From the human T2T-CHM13v2.0 reference genome, Homo sapiens: a DNA stretch of 64,000 nucleotides. The stretch is from assembly GCF_009914755.1 (NCBI RefSeq), contig NC_060932.1. One strand, written 5' to 3'. The translations under genes were made by a program, and so were the position numbers. Positions within the stretch are counted from its first letter, which is position 1. Each line of letters begins with the position of its first letter. The notes under the pieces were generated by a model. That model was not told the origin of the DNA. It saw only the letters and a list, made by a program, of their open reading frames with translations, and made no database searches. Shown here one piece after another: positions 42,123 to 56,967 of this stretch.

Positions 42123-45100
42123 TACTTTCAAAATTTTAATTTACTTTCAAAATTTTAATTTACTTTCAAAAAATAAATTATTTTAGATAAAGAAATCACA
42201 CCTAACCAAACCAGAGATTGCATTGCAGTCATTGTTTGAATTTGTAACAAAATGAAGCAAAGTAGCTAGCCATTGTAACTTCCTTCCAGAACACAACCTC
42301 AAAGGGGTCTGATGAATGCTTCCCATCAAACAGATGAGTGGTGCATGATATATGAGTTGGAATCCAGAATCTGATGGGGTCTTGTCTCAATTTATTTGAC
42401 CAAACCTCAGACCCTGAGATTAAAAGTATCAGGCAGTGAAAGCATGCAGACAAATTGCATCATGTATTTAATGCTTACACAGAGTTGTTTTTTTTTTTTT
42501 AATGCTAGATAAGTCAAAAAATTTCTGTCACTTGACAAGTGCAGTTCTAATGACAACACTTTTCATTTTGAGGTTAACTTCAAATCTCTATTTTTAGGAG
42601 TTTTATTAGTAGTTCTACAACCTGATGGAGTTAATATACAGAAGGTTAGCAGCATGCTTCCAACCCAGAGCTAAGACAGGCTGCACAGCCAAAAAACAGT
42701 TGGTTGAGCATGAACAATATTAACTGGAATTTCAACCTGAAAGTTATTGGAATTTGAGCTGAATAAGTCAAAAAATTAATAAATTGATAAGTCCTAGCTG
42801 AATCTCTTACAAAGTAGATACCTACTTTTGAGTAGTTATCAAACAACAACAACATCCAAAACAAACAGTCCTCTTTCTTTTCCTCCTAACTAAACTGGTC
42901 AAAGACTCTCAAAAGACACCAGTGCTCAGTTGTACCTAACAGTGGGAGAAAAGGCAGATTAATCAATAGTCTTATTATGTAGTGCAATAAATATACAACA
43001 GTCTTTTCCTTGAGACTTGTGGTTTAAGCAAAGCTGGGAAATGCAAAATGGCATGTAAAATAAAAGACTCATCTAAATGGATACTTCTGTTAACTTTCTA
43101 TTAGCCTTCTTTTCAGTGTATATAAATTGTATTGTTCACTGCCAGATATCGTCGTTCCATTGACTTTGATGTCTTTAATTAGCTTAAGTTTCTCTATAGA
43201 AATCTCTGAATCAGCTATTTCAGTGCCCTTCAAACTGGGATTGAAGCAGCTGCTAGGAGACTATTCTATTAGTGGTTTAATTCTAGCATTTGTTATTAGG
43301 GCCATACATTACATTACCAAGAGACATCTGGATATAGTACTTGTATTGTCATCAATTCAAATTGACTCAGAGTCAAAACGAAACTTGGGTGCTCAAAGCA
43401 AAGTATATATGCCAAAGACTAACTTAACATGATAATCTGCTGGAAGAGAGATGATAATGGAAAGCAGTCACAAATATTTGATAGTTCTCAAATGAGGGTA
43501 ATTTTATATTTTTTATTGAATGAGGTAGGAAACAAAAGTGCAGATGTAATTAAGTTGTCCCAGGGTCTTCAGAAGGCAGATGTGAGCAAAAAGTAATGTC
43601 TGAAACCAATTGCAATGATCTCATACACTAGTACTATTTGTGCCAACACTTAGCTTTTAGGTGCAACAATGAACTGCCCCTTGGATATGACATTACCAAC
43701 CCTCAGTGAGGAAGACATGTCCTTTGAATTATTTTTCCAAAACTTACACATAAAATAAGTAAACAATACTGGTATCTTTCCAATTTGTCTAAGTACACTT
43801 CTGGAAATCTTATTCTAAAAGAGATCTGCAAATATAATATAATGTCAGTTTTTTGGCAGGCAATACATCATTCATAATTTTGATTCTATTCTAACTAATG
43901 AAAATTTCTGCATTATTCAAAATGCAAAGTTAAGCCTTGTTCTTGGGCTGAAAACTGCCAGCCAGTCTTAAAAATTAATAACAGCTACCACTTCTCTCCT
44001 CTGCACTGTTAAAGTGGATATATGGGACTAACATTTCAGACAGATATTTCCGAAGGGTAATAAATACTTGAGGAAACACTTATTTCTAGCCACCCGTCTT
44101 CTTAGTTACCTCTCAGCCTCTTTTATTAACTATTTCTTATAAAGATTATGATTGCAGGTCAAAGACAATGAAATAAAAAGCTCACAAAAGGCAGAGTGCT
44201 AGGTGGGGTCAGAGCTTCTCGTCATTCATTCTAATGAAAAAGCTTAGTTATATCTCTTCCTTCCATTTTTCATTGCTTTTAAATATATATACATAAATAT
44301 ATATCAATCTCCATGAACACTTTCATGAGACTAGAATCTCTGGAATCATAATGATAGAAATCTGTCAACACCTTGTTTGGGAATCATTTGCTGAAAATGA
44401 ACTTGAGGATTTGTTACTACTTGTTAGACTTTCCAGAAATAATGTTTTTAATTCAGAGAAGTGTGGAGATAAGGTGAAAAATAGCATTTTACTTGTATCA
44501 ATACTGCCAGGCTTTTTCAGAGGGTCTGTTGCTAGCACTACTTCTTCTGATATTAGGCTGCAAATTGCAACTGGCACATTTATTTGGGCTCACAAAGGCT
44601 AGTCTGGGTTGTATATGTTGAATGATGAGAGACAAAAGTATATTGAAAACCCTAACAGTTTTTGAAAGGAAATGAATCCCTCAGATGTGGGTTCAATATT
44701 TTACATTAAAAAGCTCTAAATAGTTCTTTATATAAACATTTGACCCTTGCTATTATACTTTTGAGGAACTTTTTATTGGAAGGAAGCGTAACTATCGGAA
44801 AAACATTTCATCGCTCTACTGTCCTGAAGCTTCCTGCTGGCTAATGTTCATGTATTTACCTGTCTGCCCATGAACTCCTTCTAAGAAAATGAGGTGATAT
44901 TTCCATAGCATTGGTGTGAGCTGAAAACTTTTTAAAATCCTATCTCCACCTAAGAATTTATGAAAGAAGCGAATGTGGTAGGAAAAAAAAAGACTAGTTT
45001 GAATGTTAATTTATGAATTTCCTTTTCCAACTTATAATGTATGGAAGCCTCAGAGAAGTAAGGTGACCACAAGGCCAGACACCAGGGGAGGGAATAAGCA

Positions 45101-45593
45101 GAGGCCTGGAAGATCTTCAGAGTAGAAAACCAGTCCATTGTTTTGCACCCCTAGCAATGTATGAACATTTGAAGGTGAGAGCAGAGGACAGTGCTGTGAG
45201 TCAAAGATGGAAAAATGTGCAAAATTGGTAAGGGTGATCCTGAAGTCACAGTGAACATTTCAAAGGAGCCACCACATTTGCCTAATAAGCCATTAAGAAT
45301 CTACTGATTCTCACAGTGCATATATTTTTTTTTTTTTGGTAACTATCTAGTTGGTTGCATGTAACTGTCCTAAAGGCTGATTCTCTCTCCTTCAGCCTCA
45401 CTAGAGCTCAGATTTAGATCCTGAAACATTTTCCTAATTTGCTGAGATGGCTCTGCCAAATAGCTACACAATGACTAGCTAATCCTCCCACTAGCAAGAT
45501 CTATGAAGGTAGAATCTTTGTTTTGCTCCCCACTGTAACCCTATAGTTCAGAAAAATGCCTTGTATGTAGAATTCAATAAAGAAATATTTGTT

Positions 45594-45919
45594 GGCTGGG
45601 TGTGGTGGCTCAACCCTATAATCTCAGCACTTTGCAAGGCTGAAGCAGGCAAATCACTTGAGCTCAGCAATTCAAGGGCAGCCTGGGCAACACGGTGAGA
45701 CCTCATCTCTACCAAAAATACAAAAACATAGCCGGGTGTGGTGGTGTGTGCCTGTGGTCCCAGCTACTCGGGAGGCTCAGGTGGGAGTATCACTTGAGCT
45801 TGGGATCGGAAGTGGGAGTTGGTGGGATGGAGGTTCCAGGTTTCAGTGAGCTGAGATCCTGCCACTGCACTCCAGCCTGGCTGACAGAGGGAGACGCTGT
45901 CTCAAAAAAAAAATAAGAA
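45594..45919 (+). mobile_element. AluJ with a small G-rich insertion in the right arm
   Basis: Perfect TSD aaagaaatatttgtt (45579-45593 / 45920-45934); sits in an L2 terminus. Confidence 0.92.
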
Positions 45920-47263
45920 AAAGAAATATTTGTTGAGTTTATAGTGTTAAATAAATTTTCTGGGCCCAACAACTCAGTTTTACAAAGTCATTTTTAAAAC
46001 TCCAAGGTTCTCAAGTTTGATACTGCTTTATATTTCGAATTTAGTGAGATGTCCGATGCACTTGCAAATGTTTATGTGAGGCAAGTGGAGGTCCTACATT
46101 TTTAATGCAATTAGATATATTTTTAGTAATTTTGAAAATCAAGGTATAGGGAGATAAAGTAAACATCCACTGTACCACGTCAGAACAAGAGCTTAATTTT
46201 GTAAACTCCTGGACAAGACACTGCTGAGAAAACAGGGACTTACTTGAAAGGGATGCACTCACAGAGTAAGGCAGGCATTTAGGAGTCGACTCATCTGCAA
46301 CGTGTGGTGAAGGGGACAGAGTTACTGTCAAAGAGTGGGGACCAGCAGGGTTGTAACCTCGGCCACCCCACACAGAGGAAGTTCAGGCAGCACAGAACAG
46401 GATCCCAGCTACAGTGCTCTGGTTGAGTGACAAGATTCCATCCCTTAAATAGGTTACTGAGACAGACTCTCTCTCAAGAATATCATAAGCATTCAAATGC
46501 CCAAACCAGCAAACCAACTGGAGATTCCCTACAGGGGAAAGATAGAGAAGCCCCTTTACTAGAACCAGATCCAAGGTTACCACTAAACTCACAGTGAAGT
46601 AGAGCCTAAAAGATTGCCTATCTCCTTAAGCCAGGATTCCTGATTATAATTCAGCCTGACTAAGAATCATCTACAGCGATATATCCTACTCTCCTCCCTC
46701 CCCAACCTCCAGCCACATCTGTTTTCCTGAATCCACCAAGAGCTTTCATACCCAGGCCTTTGAGAGAGGCCTCCTCCCTCTGTTGACCCACTAACTTATA
46801 TACACCCTTCAGATTTCAGCTTAGCTGTCTCTTCTGAAATTTAACCATTTTTCTCCCACCCTTTCCGGGTTAGTTGAAGATACGGATGATATATTGTGAG
46901 ATGCTTTCATTGCACACTGTGCTTTTTCCTTGGCAACATTTAACACAACTGTAATTTTTTAAAGTCATATTATTCACCAAGGCTGACCCCATTTCCTAAC
47001 ATAAAGGGAACCCTACACTATTTTCAATGAATAAATATTAAATGAATGAGTCAATGTATGAACAAATGGACTCAGTAAGATGATTAGGGTTTCCAATGGC
47101 AGAGATCGGGGAGAAGGTTCTTCCTTTTCTCTTCTCTATCTCCATTTATATAAATGACAGCTCTTCACATCAGCTGAAAAGCTTGGGCATATTCCTTGTA
47201 TTCCCTGACTCTTCCCTGATTGTCCACACCCAGTTAATCATCAAATGAAACATCTTCACCTCC

Positions 47264-47620
47264 TGTCTTAGTTCTTCTGGGCTGCTATATCAGAATACCA
47301 TAGACTGGGTAGCTTATAATAACAGGAAGTTATTTCACAGAGTTCTGTTGTGAAAAGTTTAAGATCAAGGTACCAGCAGACTTGGTGTCTGGTGAGGGCC
47401 CACTTCTCTCTTCATAAATGACTGTCTTCTTCCTGTGTTCCTACATGGGCAAGCAAGCAAGGCAGCTCTCTGAGGTCTCTTTTATAAGGGCACTAACCCA
47501 TCCATGAGTGACCTAATCACTTCCCAAAGGCTTCACCTACTAACACCATCACGCTGGGGATTAGGTTTCAACATATGAATTGGTGGGGGTGGGAGGGTAA
47601 TAAACATTCAGACCATAGCA
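47264..47620 (-). mobile_element. MaLR solo LTR (MLT1A-like)
   Basis: tgtcttagt...accatagactgggtagctta...aacattcagaccatagca; TSD cctcc / tctcc. Confidence 0.87.
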
Positions 47621-49984
47621 TCTCCTTTCAAATAACTAAAAACTCCTACATGTTCTTTAACATTCTTCTCACAAACACCCTCTTCTCCATGCCGCAGTAG
47701 ACCCTGAGTGTGTCTCTGAATCTGCACTCAACTTACTTTTTAATTAATTGCATCCCCCACTCATAAAAGGTGGAGATCATATCTTACCTACCCTAGAATC
47801 TCAGAACCTGCTTCAGTGTATGGAACATCATAGGAAATCAGTGCATATTTGTTATACAAAATACATAGTGGAGAAAATGCTTGTCTTTACGTTATCTCTC
47901 ATATCTCTTTCCTCACTCCCTAAGAAAATTTAAACTTCCCATTCCCTGTACCACAGGAAAAAAAATGATTAATTCATAATAAGGTATTTGTGCACTTATA
48001 TCTTTTATCAATTTTCCAGAGCAAAAGCATGGCCCTATATTATGCACTTACATTATCTGGAAATTTTCTGGAGAGAAGGTGTAGCTTGTTTTGCCAAAAA
48101 CTTGAGACCAGCAAGCAGACAACTCCTGCACCCCAGAGGGGGTTCTAATTTTCTTTGTTTCTACTTGAAACCAGATGTTAGAAATGATTTCAGTGATGGT
48201 GGTCCTAACTGCCAATATCTAGCTCTGTGACCATTGCTGAATCACATCACCTCTTTGGGGATCCGCAAGTCACTGACAGCTCTGACACTGCAGTTCTATA
48301 GATGATGCTTTTGGGTGGGGGTGATTTCAACGTGTGATCAGGCACGTCACATTTCCTTCTTCACTGATTTACAAATGGTCAACATCAGGAGTGGTTTCAA
48401 AACACCCTGACCTCTATGCTCCAGAGTTACAGTAACAAAGTCTGATGTATCAGCCTCAGCACTAAAACAGGCCCTCTACACGAATGCCTGCCCGCTCAGA
48501 AGGAGGAATCACATCTCCCTACTCCCTGCTTTAGACAGGTCAGAGCTCTCCAGTTCTCACCATTACCAACAGTGCCAGGCTGTGCAGCACTTCTCAAGCA
48601 CTTTACTTGAGAAGGAAGAATGAAGAATCTGCCATTCAGGTGGTGCCAAGTGGAAAATGTGGGATTTGGGATGCAGATGTGATAATGAGGGAGCAGAGTA
48701 CCAAATTTAAAAATCACACCCTCGTGACACCCTGGATGCACAGCAAAGAAAAAAATGGACTGTAAGGATTTCATGAGGATCTTGTGCAATAGTTTTATCC
48801 TGGTTATTAGTGGTAAAATTTAGGAGCCCAGCAGAAGAGCAGTTGACAGCATCTTGCCAGGGCCTCTGTGTTTCCATTTTAAATCTAAATTCAGTATTCT
48901 AATCCCAACAACCCCCCTTCTCAACGGTCTCACAAAGCTGGCTCTGCCAGCCCCCCTGTGGGTTTACTGAACCTCCACTTCTGCACGTCTGTCCCTAAGC
49001 TGCTTAGTGGTGCAGAGAGGAGCACATAGCCTGATGCAACCTCACAACGTCACATGTGAGCCGCCCAACCCGCTCCAGGGGCCTCCCACTCATTCTTCAT
49101 CACTGCTTTCTCCAAGGCCCCTAAAAGTGAATTATTTGAGCTGTCAGTGCCGCAGATCACCCTAGCCTCATTTTAGAGAACTTAGAGTTTCTATCCTCAT
49201 TTTGGGGATGAATAATTGAGGCCCAAAGAGGCAATGTGACCGCTGGCGGCTTTCTCCTCCTCTGCCCTGCACCCTTAGCATTAAGACTCCATCACTGAGA
49301 CTCTGTCACACAAAAAAATAAAAGCAGTGGGAATGATTTCCTCAAGTTCCCAGGCTCTCTATCTGTCAGATCTGTCTGTATCCATCTGTGATCATCATCT
49401 TCCTGACAGAAAAAGCAGACTTCATTTTGTCCCGTGGCTTTTGTGGCTGCTGTGTCCATCCCACCCACCTATTTAAGCACCTTGCTCTCTTAATTATTTT
49501 TTCTCTCTGTCCCCTCCCCCAACTTTACTCCCTCTGCCCAGCTTCTTCCTCCACTAGGTCTTTTCCCTTCAGCTTATAAACAAAGTCACATCAACCAGAA
49601 AAAGAAAATAGAAATCACCCTTGACTCCAACTGGCATGAATTTAACTTTCCTGTCTGTCATACTCCTTTCCTCCACATCCCAACTTCTCTCATACTCCTT
49701 CCCTCCACATCCCAGCTTCTCTGCAAAGTGGCCGAGACTGACAGCACTCCCTTCCTCACCCCCCTCCCACTCACTCTCATGCCTCCTGAGTTATCACTGA
49801 AGATGCTGTCTCAGAGGCCAGGAGGGACTTCCTAATTGTCAAGTTCTCTTGGATCTTATCAAGATTGATTGACAGCTTTGGCTGCTGTTGACTTCTCCTT
49901 CCTTGAACACTTTCTCCCCTGGATTTCCAGAAAATCGCATCTCTTGAACAGCACATATTTTGCCAATTAAAAATTATTTTTAAT

Positions 49985-50205
49985 ATCTAGTGTTCAATAG
50001 TAGAGTGACTATAATTTACAGTATCTATTGCACTTTGGGAAATAGCTAGATGAGAATATTTTGAATGTTTCTACCGTAAAGAAAAGACAAATATTTAAGT
50101 GATGTATATCCCAAGTACACTGATTTGATCTTTGCAAATTATAGGCATGTATTAAATTATCACATGTGCCCCCAAAACTATGTACATCTATTATGCCTCA
50201 ATTTT
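49985..50205 (+). mobile_element. L1MA 3'UTR fragment
   Basis: agagtgactata..aatagctaga..ctgatttgatc..atcacatgtgccccca..tatgtaca. Confidence 0.75.
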
Positions 50206-51088
50206 TAAAGGTACTTTAAATATTCTTACGCAGATTAAGCAGATTTCTGATGCAGACACAGGTAACCAATTTTGAACAACTTGTTCAAGCTGCTTTTGGA
50301 GTGATGAGCTGTCATTATGTCCTTAAAATATTAACTAATCATTCCTACTATAGAGTTTATATTAACATTCACACTGTTATACTAAAGCATTTTCAGTAAG
50401 GTCAGCCAATAAAACAGAAATGTTTTTAAAGTAAGACCAGACAATAAAAGAGATGTTTATCCTTTTAAATAACAAAATGGCATATAATATTTTTAAGAGC
50501 TATAGTCTTGGACCAATTATTTAAGATTTAATGGAGATCTGATTTTACACTACCTTAAAAAGAAGTATCATACAAGTAACCAGCAATAAAGGGCATATAT
50601 GGAACACTCATCTTCATGTTCTCTAGACTATGTACTTTACTAAGAAAAAAATAATAATTTAGTGTTCTTTCTGGGAACAATATTTGAAACTGCCACCTAA
50701 ATGAGATATTAGGGAGTATTCATATGACTTGAATGCAAGTGTGAAAAAAAATAGGGAACATTTGGTAAAAGCATTTATCTCTCCTTCTAAATTGTATAAG
50801 ACACAAAGTAAGTTAATTATAAATTATTTCTAAGTTATAACAAACTAGTGTTTCCATTTTATCCACATTTTTCCTCATAGAAGGAAACAGATCTTTTTCT
50901 TTCTCTCTCCCTCCCTCTCTCTCTTTCTCGCTGATTTTAAGTACAGAAAATCTATATTAAAGTTAGTGGTATTTTCTGAAGACATCTTTCTTTGTCACAG
51001 TTCAATCAACTACAAAACTCCTACTGTTTCCCAACCCTTATTCATTTAATACCACCTTCAGCGATGTCATGACAGCTATGTACAAGCT

Positions 51089-51400
51089 TGTGTCAGAGAC
51101 TGGCTGGCTCTTCACTAAGCCCGTTTGTTTGTTCTCCTCCCAAGCACACAATTGTACCATCTATCCCAGCCTCCAGGCAGTTAGATGCCCCATGAGATTG
51201 TATTCTAGACGAGGGTTCCAGTCCTGGCCCCCAAATTACTTCCACGTGTGATTCTTCATGTTCTTATCCTTTCTTCCTGCTGGACATAGACCAGCACTGA
51301 AGCTTTGGAAGCCGCACGTTTCAAATGCTGGAGCCACAGTATCAAACGGGCCTGGGTCATTGAGTGTTGCTCAGAGAAAGGTTGACCATATAATTTGAGA
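51089..51400 (+). mobile_element. Old MaLR LTR (MLT1J-like)
   Basis: tgtgtcagagactggct..cccagcctcc..gcagttag..ggaagcc..agccacag..gcctgggtc. Confidence 0.55.
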
Positions 51401-52319
51401 AGCAGGTGATAAGTGCCTTTGAGGCATAAGGCACTGAGGAGCACCTGAGAGAGTCTGTCAGAGAAAGGTTCCCTCCCAGACAGGGAGACCCCGAGTAGAA
51501 ACAGGCAGGAGTTCTCCTGTCATTCAAGGGAGAGTTAGGAGTCCAGCGTATCAAGCATTCAGCAAACAGAAGTGCCTCCAGCATGCCTGGGAAGCTCTCT
51601 CTGAGAAGAGGACATGTAGGCTAACACCTGAGGATGAAAAGGAGCTAAGAGGCAAAGGCCAGGAGACCATTCCTGGCAGAAGGAGCAGTAAGCATGCAGG
51701 GAATCACTTACTGGAAAGCCTTCCAGCCAAAACAAAGGGCTTGACTTCAGAAGCAGCTTCATACCAAATGGTCGAAGAGATGATCTGGGCTTCCCTGACC
51801 TGCTGACTCTCAAAAAAGTAGTGAATTAAAGGGCAGATTGTCCCAGAGACTGCATTGTAAATCCCGTATTGAGCAGGAGGGCTCTGTGAAAAGGATAAAA
51901 AGTATACTGTGTTTTCGTATGCTGTGAGAAAAAAATCACAGGTTGGGCTTAAGTTTTATTTTCTTTTCCTTTGCTCTATATTTGCCTCCTTTTCTATTTA
52001 CTCACCCACGTGTTTATTTGGAAAAGTAAATTAAATCTGTTTCTTTTTTACTTAAGGAAAACAAACACTTAGTTACTAGTCCTAAAGTCAAAGCCAAGGT
52101 GTCATACTGACTGTGTTTTCCTCCTAACTGAGACAAGAAAGTTTCAGGGAAACAGGTGAAGACCAAAGTTTCTCTATGACTTTGTACATTTTCATGAGGG
52201 AGGCTTTTCTGCCCAGAAAATTCTATTAATATCTACTCAGGGTTTTAAACCATTATGCAATTTTTTAAAGTAACAAATTTTTTAAAAACTGTGGTTTTTT
52301 GTTTTTTTAAGCTCTAAAT

Positions 52320-52537
52320 CAAGCTTGTCCAACCCGCAGCCCATGGGCCACATGCAGCCCAGGGTGACTTTAAATGTGGCCCAACACAAATTTGTAAACT
52401 TTCTTAAAACTTTATGAGATTGTTTTGAGATTTTTCTTTTAGCTCATCAACTATCATTAGTGTTAGCTTATTTTATGTGCGGCCCAAGACAATTCTTCCA
52501 ATGTGTCCCAGGGAAGCCAAAAAATTAGACACCACTG
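52320..52537 (-). mobile_element. MER30 (hAT-Charlie MITE)
   Basis: caagcttgtccaac...ttagacaccactg TIRs; 8-bp TSD ctctaaat / ctctagat (Charlie NTCTAGAN target). Confidence 0.9.
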
Positions 52538-52614
52538 CTCTAGATGCTACATAGAACTTTAAGTATTCTGCTTATAAATCTAGCAAGTGTTAAGAGTCAC
52601 TTTAGGGGAGAGCT

Positions 52615-53580
<966 letters not shown>

Positions 53581-54779
53581 GAAACTTCAGTTACTATTCA
53601 ATCTGTTTAAATTCAATAGTCTACATTCCTTTAAATAATCTGTTCCATTTATAACTTAAATTCCCTTAAACATTTAACATGAATTCATTGTAATTATCAT
53701 TTTTGGAAGTCCTTCATATATTTGTCCCAATAAACAAAACATTCGCTGGTTTTTAAGCTAATCCAGCAAATCTAATAAATCTAATAAAATAAGCTCATTC
53801 ATAAATTAAATCTCAAGTTTTTATAACATTACACAAATTTAATAAAATATTGTCATGTCTTTCAACCTAAAATCACAAGTATAAAATCAATCACTCAATT
53901 AAAATTTTGAATTGGTTTCAGTGGGTTAATCTAACAAATCTAATATAATCCATCTGATTATTTTAAGAACTAAAAAGATTTTATATACCAAGCAGACACA
54001 GATTATCCCAATGATTATAAAATTCTAACCTGTACTTTCTGAAATAGTATTAACACTATATGGGATTAGCTTACTTTGTTTTCTCTATAGTTAATTTCAT
54101 GTGTTAGAAATACACTTCTCCAATAAATAAGCATCTCAGACAACTTAAGATTTCTATATGTTCAGGAATTTTCGGCAGGGAAGCGGTACCCAAATTCTAA
54201 GAAGATTCTATAGCTTACCACTAATGAATTTAAAGAGCTTTTCTTTAATAGTTGTTGGAACAAAAGAAAATCTCATTCCATAAAATAATCTAGCAGGCCA
54301 CAGCTACGGGACTCAAAGGACATTAGATTTGAATACAGAAGACTTTACTCCTACTAAGAGTCTCATTTTGGTTGGTTTAATAATTGTTAGCCCTTTAAAA
54401 CATTTTAACATCTTTTCATATGGCTTGACAGACACTTTGTTGATATTCCATTTGCTTCTTTTAATCATATTACCTGATGGAATCCTGTATTCTTTCCATA
54501 TTTTAAGTAGGCTGCTAACTCCTGTACGCATTGAAATGTTTGATTGGCTGTATTTCTCTCATATCTTTTCTTGTTCTGAGGTCACTAAACTGTTCATATT
54601 CAAAAGCATTTATAGTCCAGAGGCAAAATATTATTGTTTAATTTTAGACTTTTAAGTCCCTTAAATACTTAAACTGCAAACATGAATTCACTGTAATGAT
54701 TAATATCATTTTTAGTCCTTAAAATATTGTCCTAATAAACAAAACAAGCATAAATAAACAAACTTAAATAGCTAATTTT

Positions 54780-55260
54780 TCACTTATTAATTGATTCACT
54801 CATTCAAGAAGCAATTATTGGGAGACTTCTGTGAGTTAGGCCATGCCACAAGGATACAGAGATGAATAAAACTCGATCTGCCAGAAGATCTTACATTCTA
54901 ATAAGGAAGTGAGGTAGGCAAATAATTACAGAAGAGTGAAATGCAGATACTGGTTTGTGTAAAGTGAGTCAGATGTGCAGAAAACATAAGCAGAGGCTAA
55001 CTGTGTCTCAAGGCATCAAATGTGGCTGCTCAGAACATATAGTATGGTCTCATGTGCAAAATACACATCATCAGGAAGAGAACAAAGGAAAGACATTTTA
55101 GATACCAGGGAAAATAAGCTATAAAAGCACAGAAACACCATAAAATATTTAGGAATGTTTGTGGAAAATCTGGATCAATCAGGAAGTCATAAGTTACTGG
55201 GTACATTCAGTTCACGAAATGAATGGTGAATCAGTCCTTGAGGGACCTTGGATTCCATTT
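54780..55260 (-). mobile_element. L2 fragment
   Basis: ttcactcattcaa..attattg..ggatacagagatgaataaaac..cttacattcta. Confidence 0.6.
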
Positions 55261-55310
55261 TACACTAGTGATTTTCAACCTATTTCATACTTGGCACTCA
55301 TGGAGAATGC

Positions 55311-55467
55311 TTCTTTTTTAAATTTGTTTTTTTAGAGACAGGGTCTCTCTCTGTCACCAATGCTGGAGTGCTGTGGCACAATCATAGCTCATGCAGCCTC
55401 GAACTCCTGAGCTCAAGTGATTCTCCCACCTCAGCTTCCCAAAGCACTGGGATTACAAGCACCCGGC
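55311..55467 (-). mobile_element. Alu monomer (FRAM/FAM-like)
   Basis: Single arm; flanked by tggagaat on both sides. Confidence 0.8.
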
Positions 55468-55572
55468 TGGAGAATTCCAACATTTATAGGCATCCAGTGG
55501 TAGATAAACTAGCCATCTCCGAGGAAGAAATGTCTGCCCTAGAAGGCTAACTACCCCAAGCCTCACTCAATG

Positions 55573-55573
<1 letters not shown>

Positions 55574-55607
<34 letters not shown>
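55574..55607. repeat. (AC)17 microsatellite
   Basis: Direct reading. Confidence 0.95.
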
Positions 55608-55608
<1 letters not shown>

Positions 55609-56680
55609 AGGGAATGAGAGAATTGATACCTTGTCACATCTGTACCCACTCAGGTCACACCACTTCAGATGCTCTGCTGGATGATGTGGAGCAGTGAATG
55701 GATTTAATCTTGGGAATATGATCAAATTCAGTTTTCTTTGAACAGCAATTCATAGAAAGGGAAAAGGATTTATAAAAGAGATCTCAGTGAGCAAATGGCA
55801 TTTTCATGGAGATTGTCCTAGGAAAGAGAGAAACAAAAGTAATAATAGGAGCTATAAAAAAAGAAAGTATTTCAAAACGGAAATGTCCAAAATTGTGAAA
55901 GCGGACAGTAAAAAGGAATTATGAAGAGACTTCAATGCCAGCAAGCATTTGTTACTTGATTTAAAGAGCAAAGTAAAACATTGGCTACACTTAAATAAGA
56001 ATGATTAAAAAATATATTGCAGGAAAAAACTGGATAACTAAGAAAAAATGTATTACATAGGAAAAGAATTTGTCTAAAACTATTTAGGCAAACTCTCAGG
56101 ATTGTTTTAAGCCTCTTACCTTTTGGACCATGATTTTTTCTCTCAGCCATTCTATTCTGCTTCATTGACTCCAAAGAGTTTAGAAATTCATTATCCTATT
56201 ATTTAAATATCATACACTATTAGAAAATTTTAAAATGGGAAAAAATTGTCAGCACTGAGTATGAGAAACATCTAATTCCAAAGATCTGGACTCACAGTGG
56301 GAGCAAAAGCCAGAAGTACAGTCAAATAAAAATGTTGAATAGCTCCAAAAATAGAAAAGGTAGGTGTTTTCAAGAATTTTTTCCAATCTTATTTTCTCCT
56401 GAATAAAAGGTTCCTCCAAATGAGCCCAACAATACTGACACAAAGGCCTCAGCCACCAGTGAAACTGAACAGACAGTAATTGAAAAATTACAAAAACTTT
56501 GAGAGGGACTTCAGTAAGGCCAAGGCAGTCACTCCATCTAATTACTGAGCTCTTGACAAAGATTAAGGAATGATTGAGGGCATATCTACTATAGAGAAAG
56601 AGAGCACAATTTGTGTGTCTTTAAAAAGAACTGAGTGACTCTTAAAATAAGAGAAAATGTACTATTAAAGATACTGATAA

Positions 56681-56967
56681 AGTCTTGTGTGGTGACACGC
56701 ACCTGTAATCCCAGCAGTTTGGGAAGCCAAGGTGGAAAGATCTCTTGAGGCCAGAAGCTTGAGACCAGTCTGGGCGACATGGTGAGACCTTATCTTTAAA
56801 AAGAAGGAAAGAAAGAAAAGTAGCAGGGTGTGCTGGTGCTTGCTGCTTGGAAGGCTGAGGTGGGAGGATCTCTTGGGCCTAGGAGATTAAGGCTGCAGTG
56901 AGCTGTGATGATGCCACTGCAGTCCAGCCTGGACAACAAAGCAGGACCCTGTCTCTTAAAAAAAAAA
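56681..56967 (+). mobile_element. AluJ
   Basis: Diverged dimer with J diagnostics (aggctgcagtgagctgtgat, gaccctgtctc). Confidence 0.88.

Noticed and set aside
43100-43432. Acceptor-like ccttcttttcag plus a 101-aa ORF as a further NKAIN3 exon
   Set aside because: The translation does not resemble the NKAIN family C-terminus and I found no good donor.
48945-48965. CTCF-like motif (cccacaggggggctg on the minus strand)
   Set aside because: Mismatches at core positions; expected by chance.
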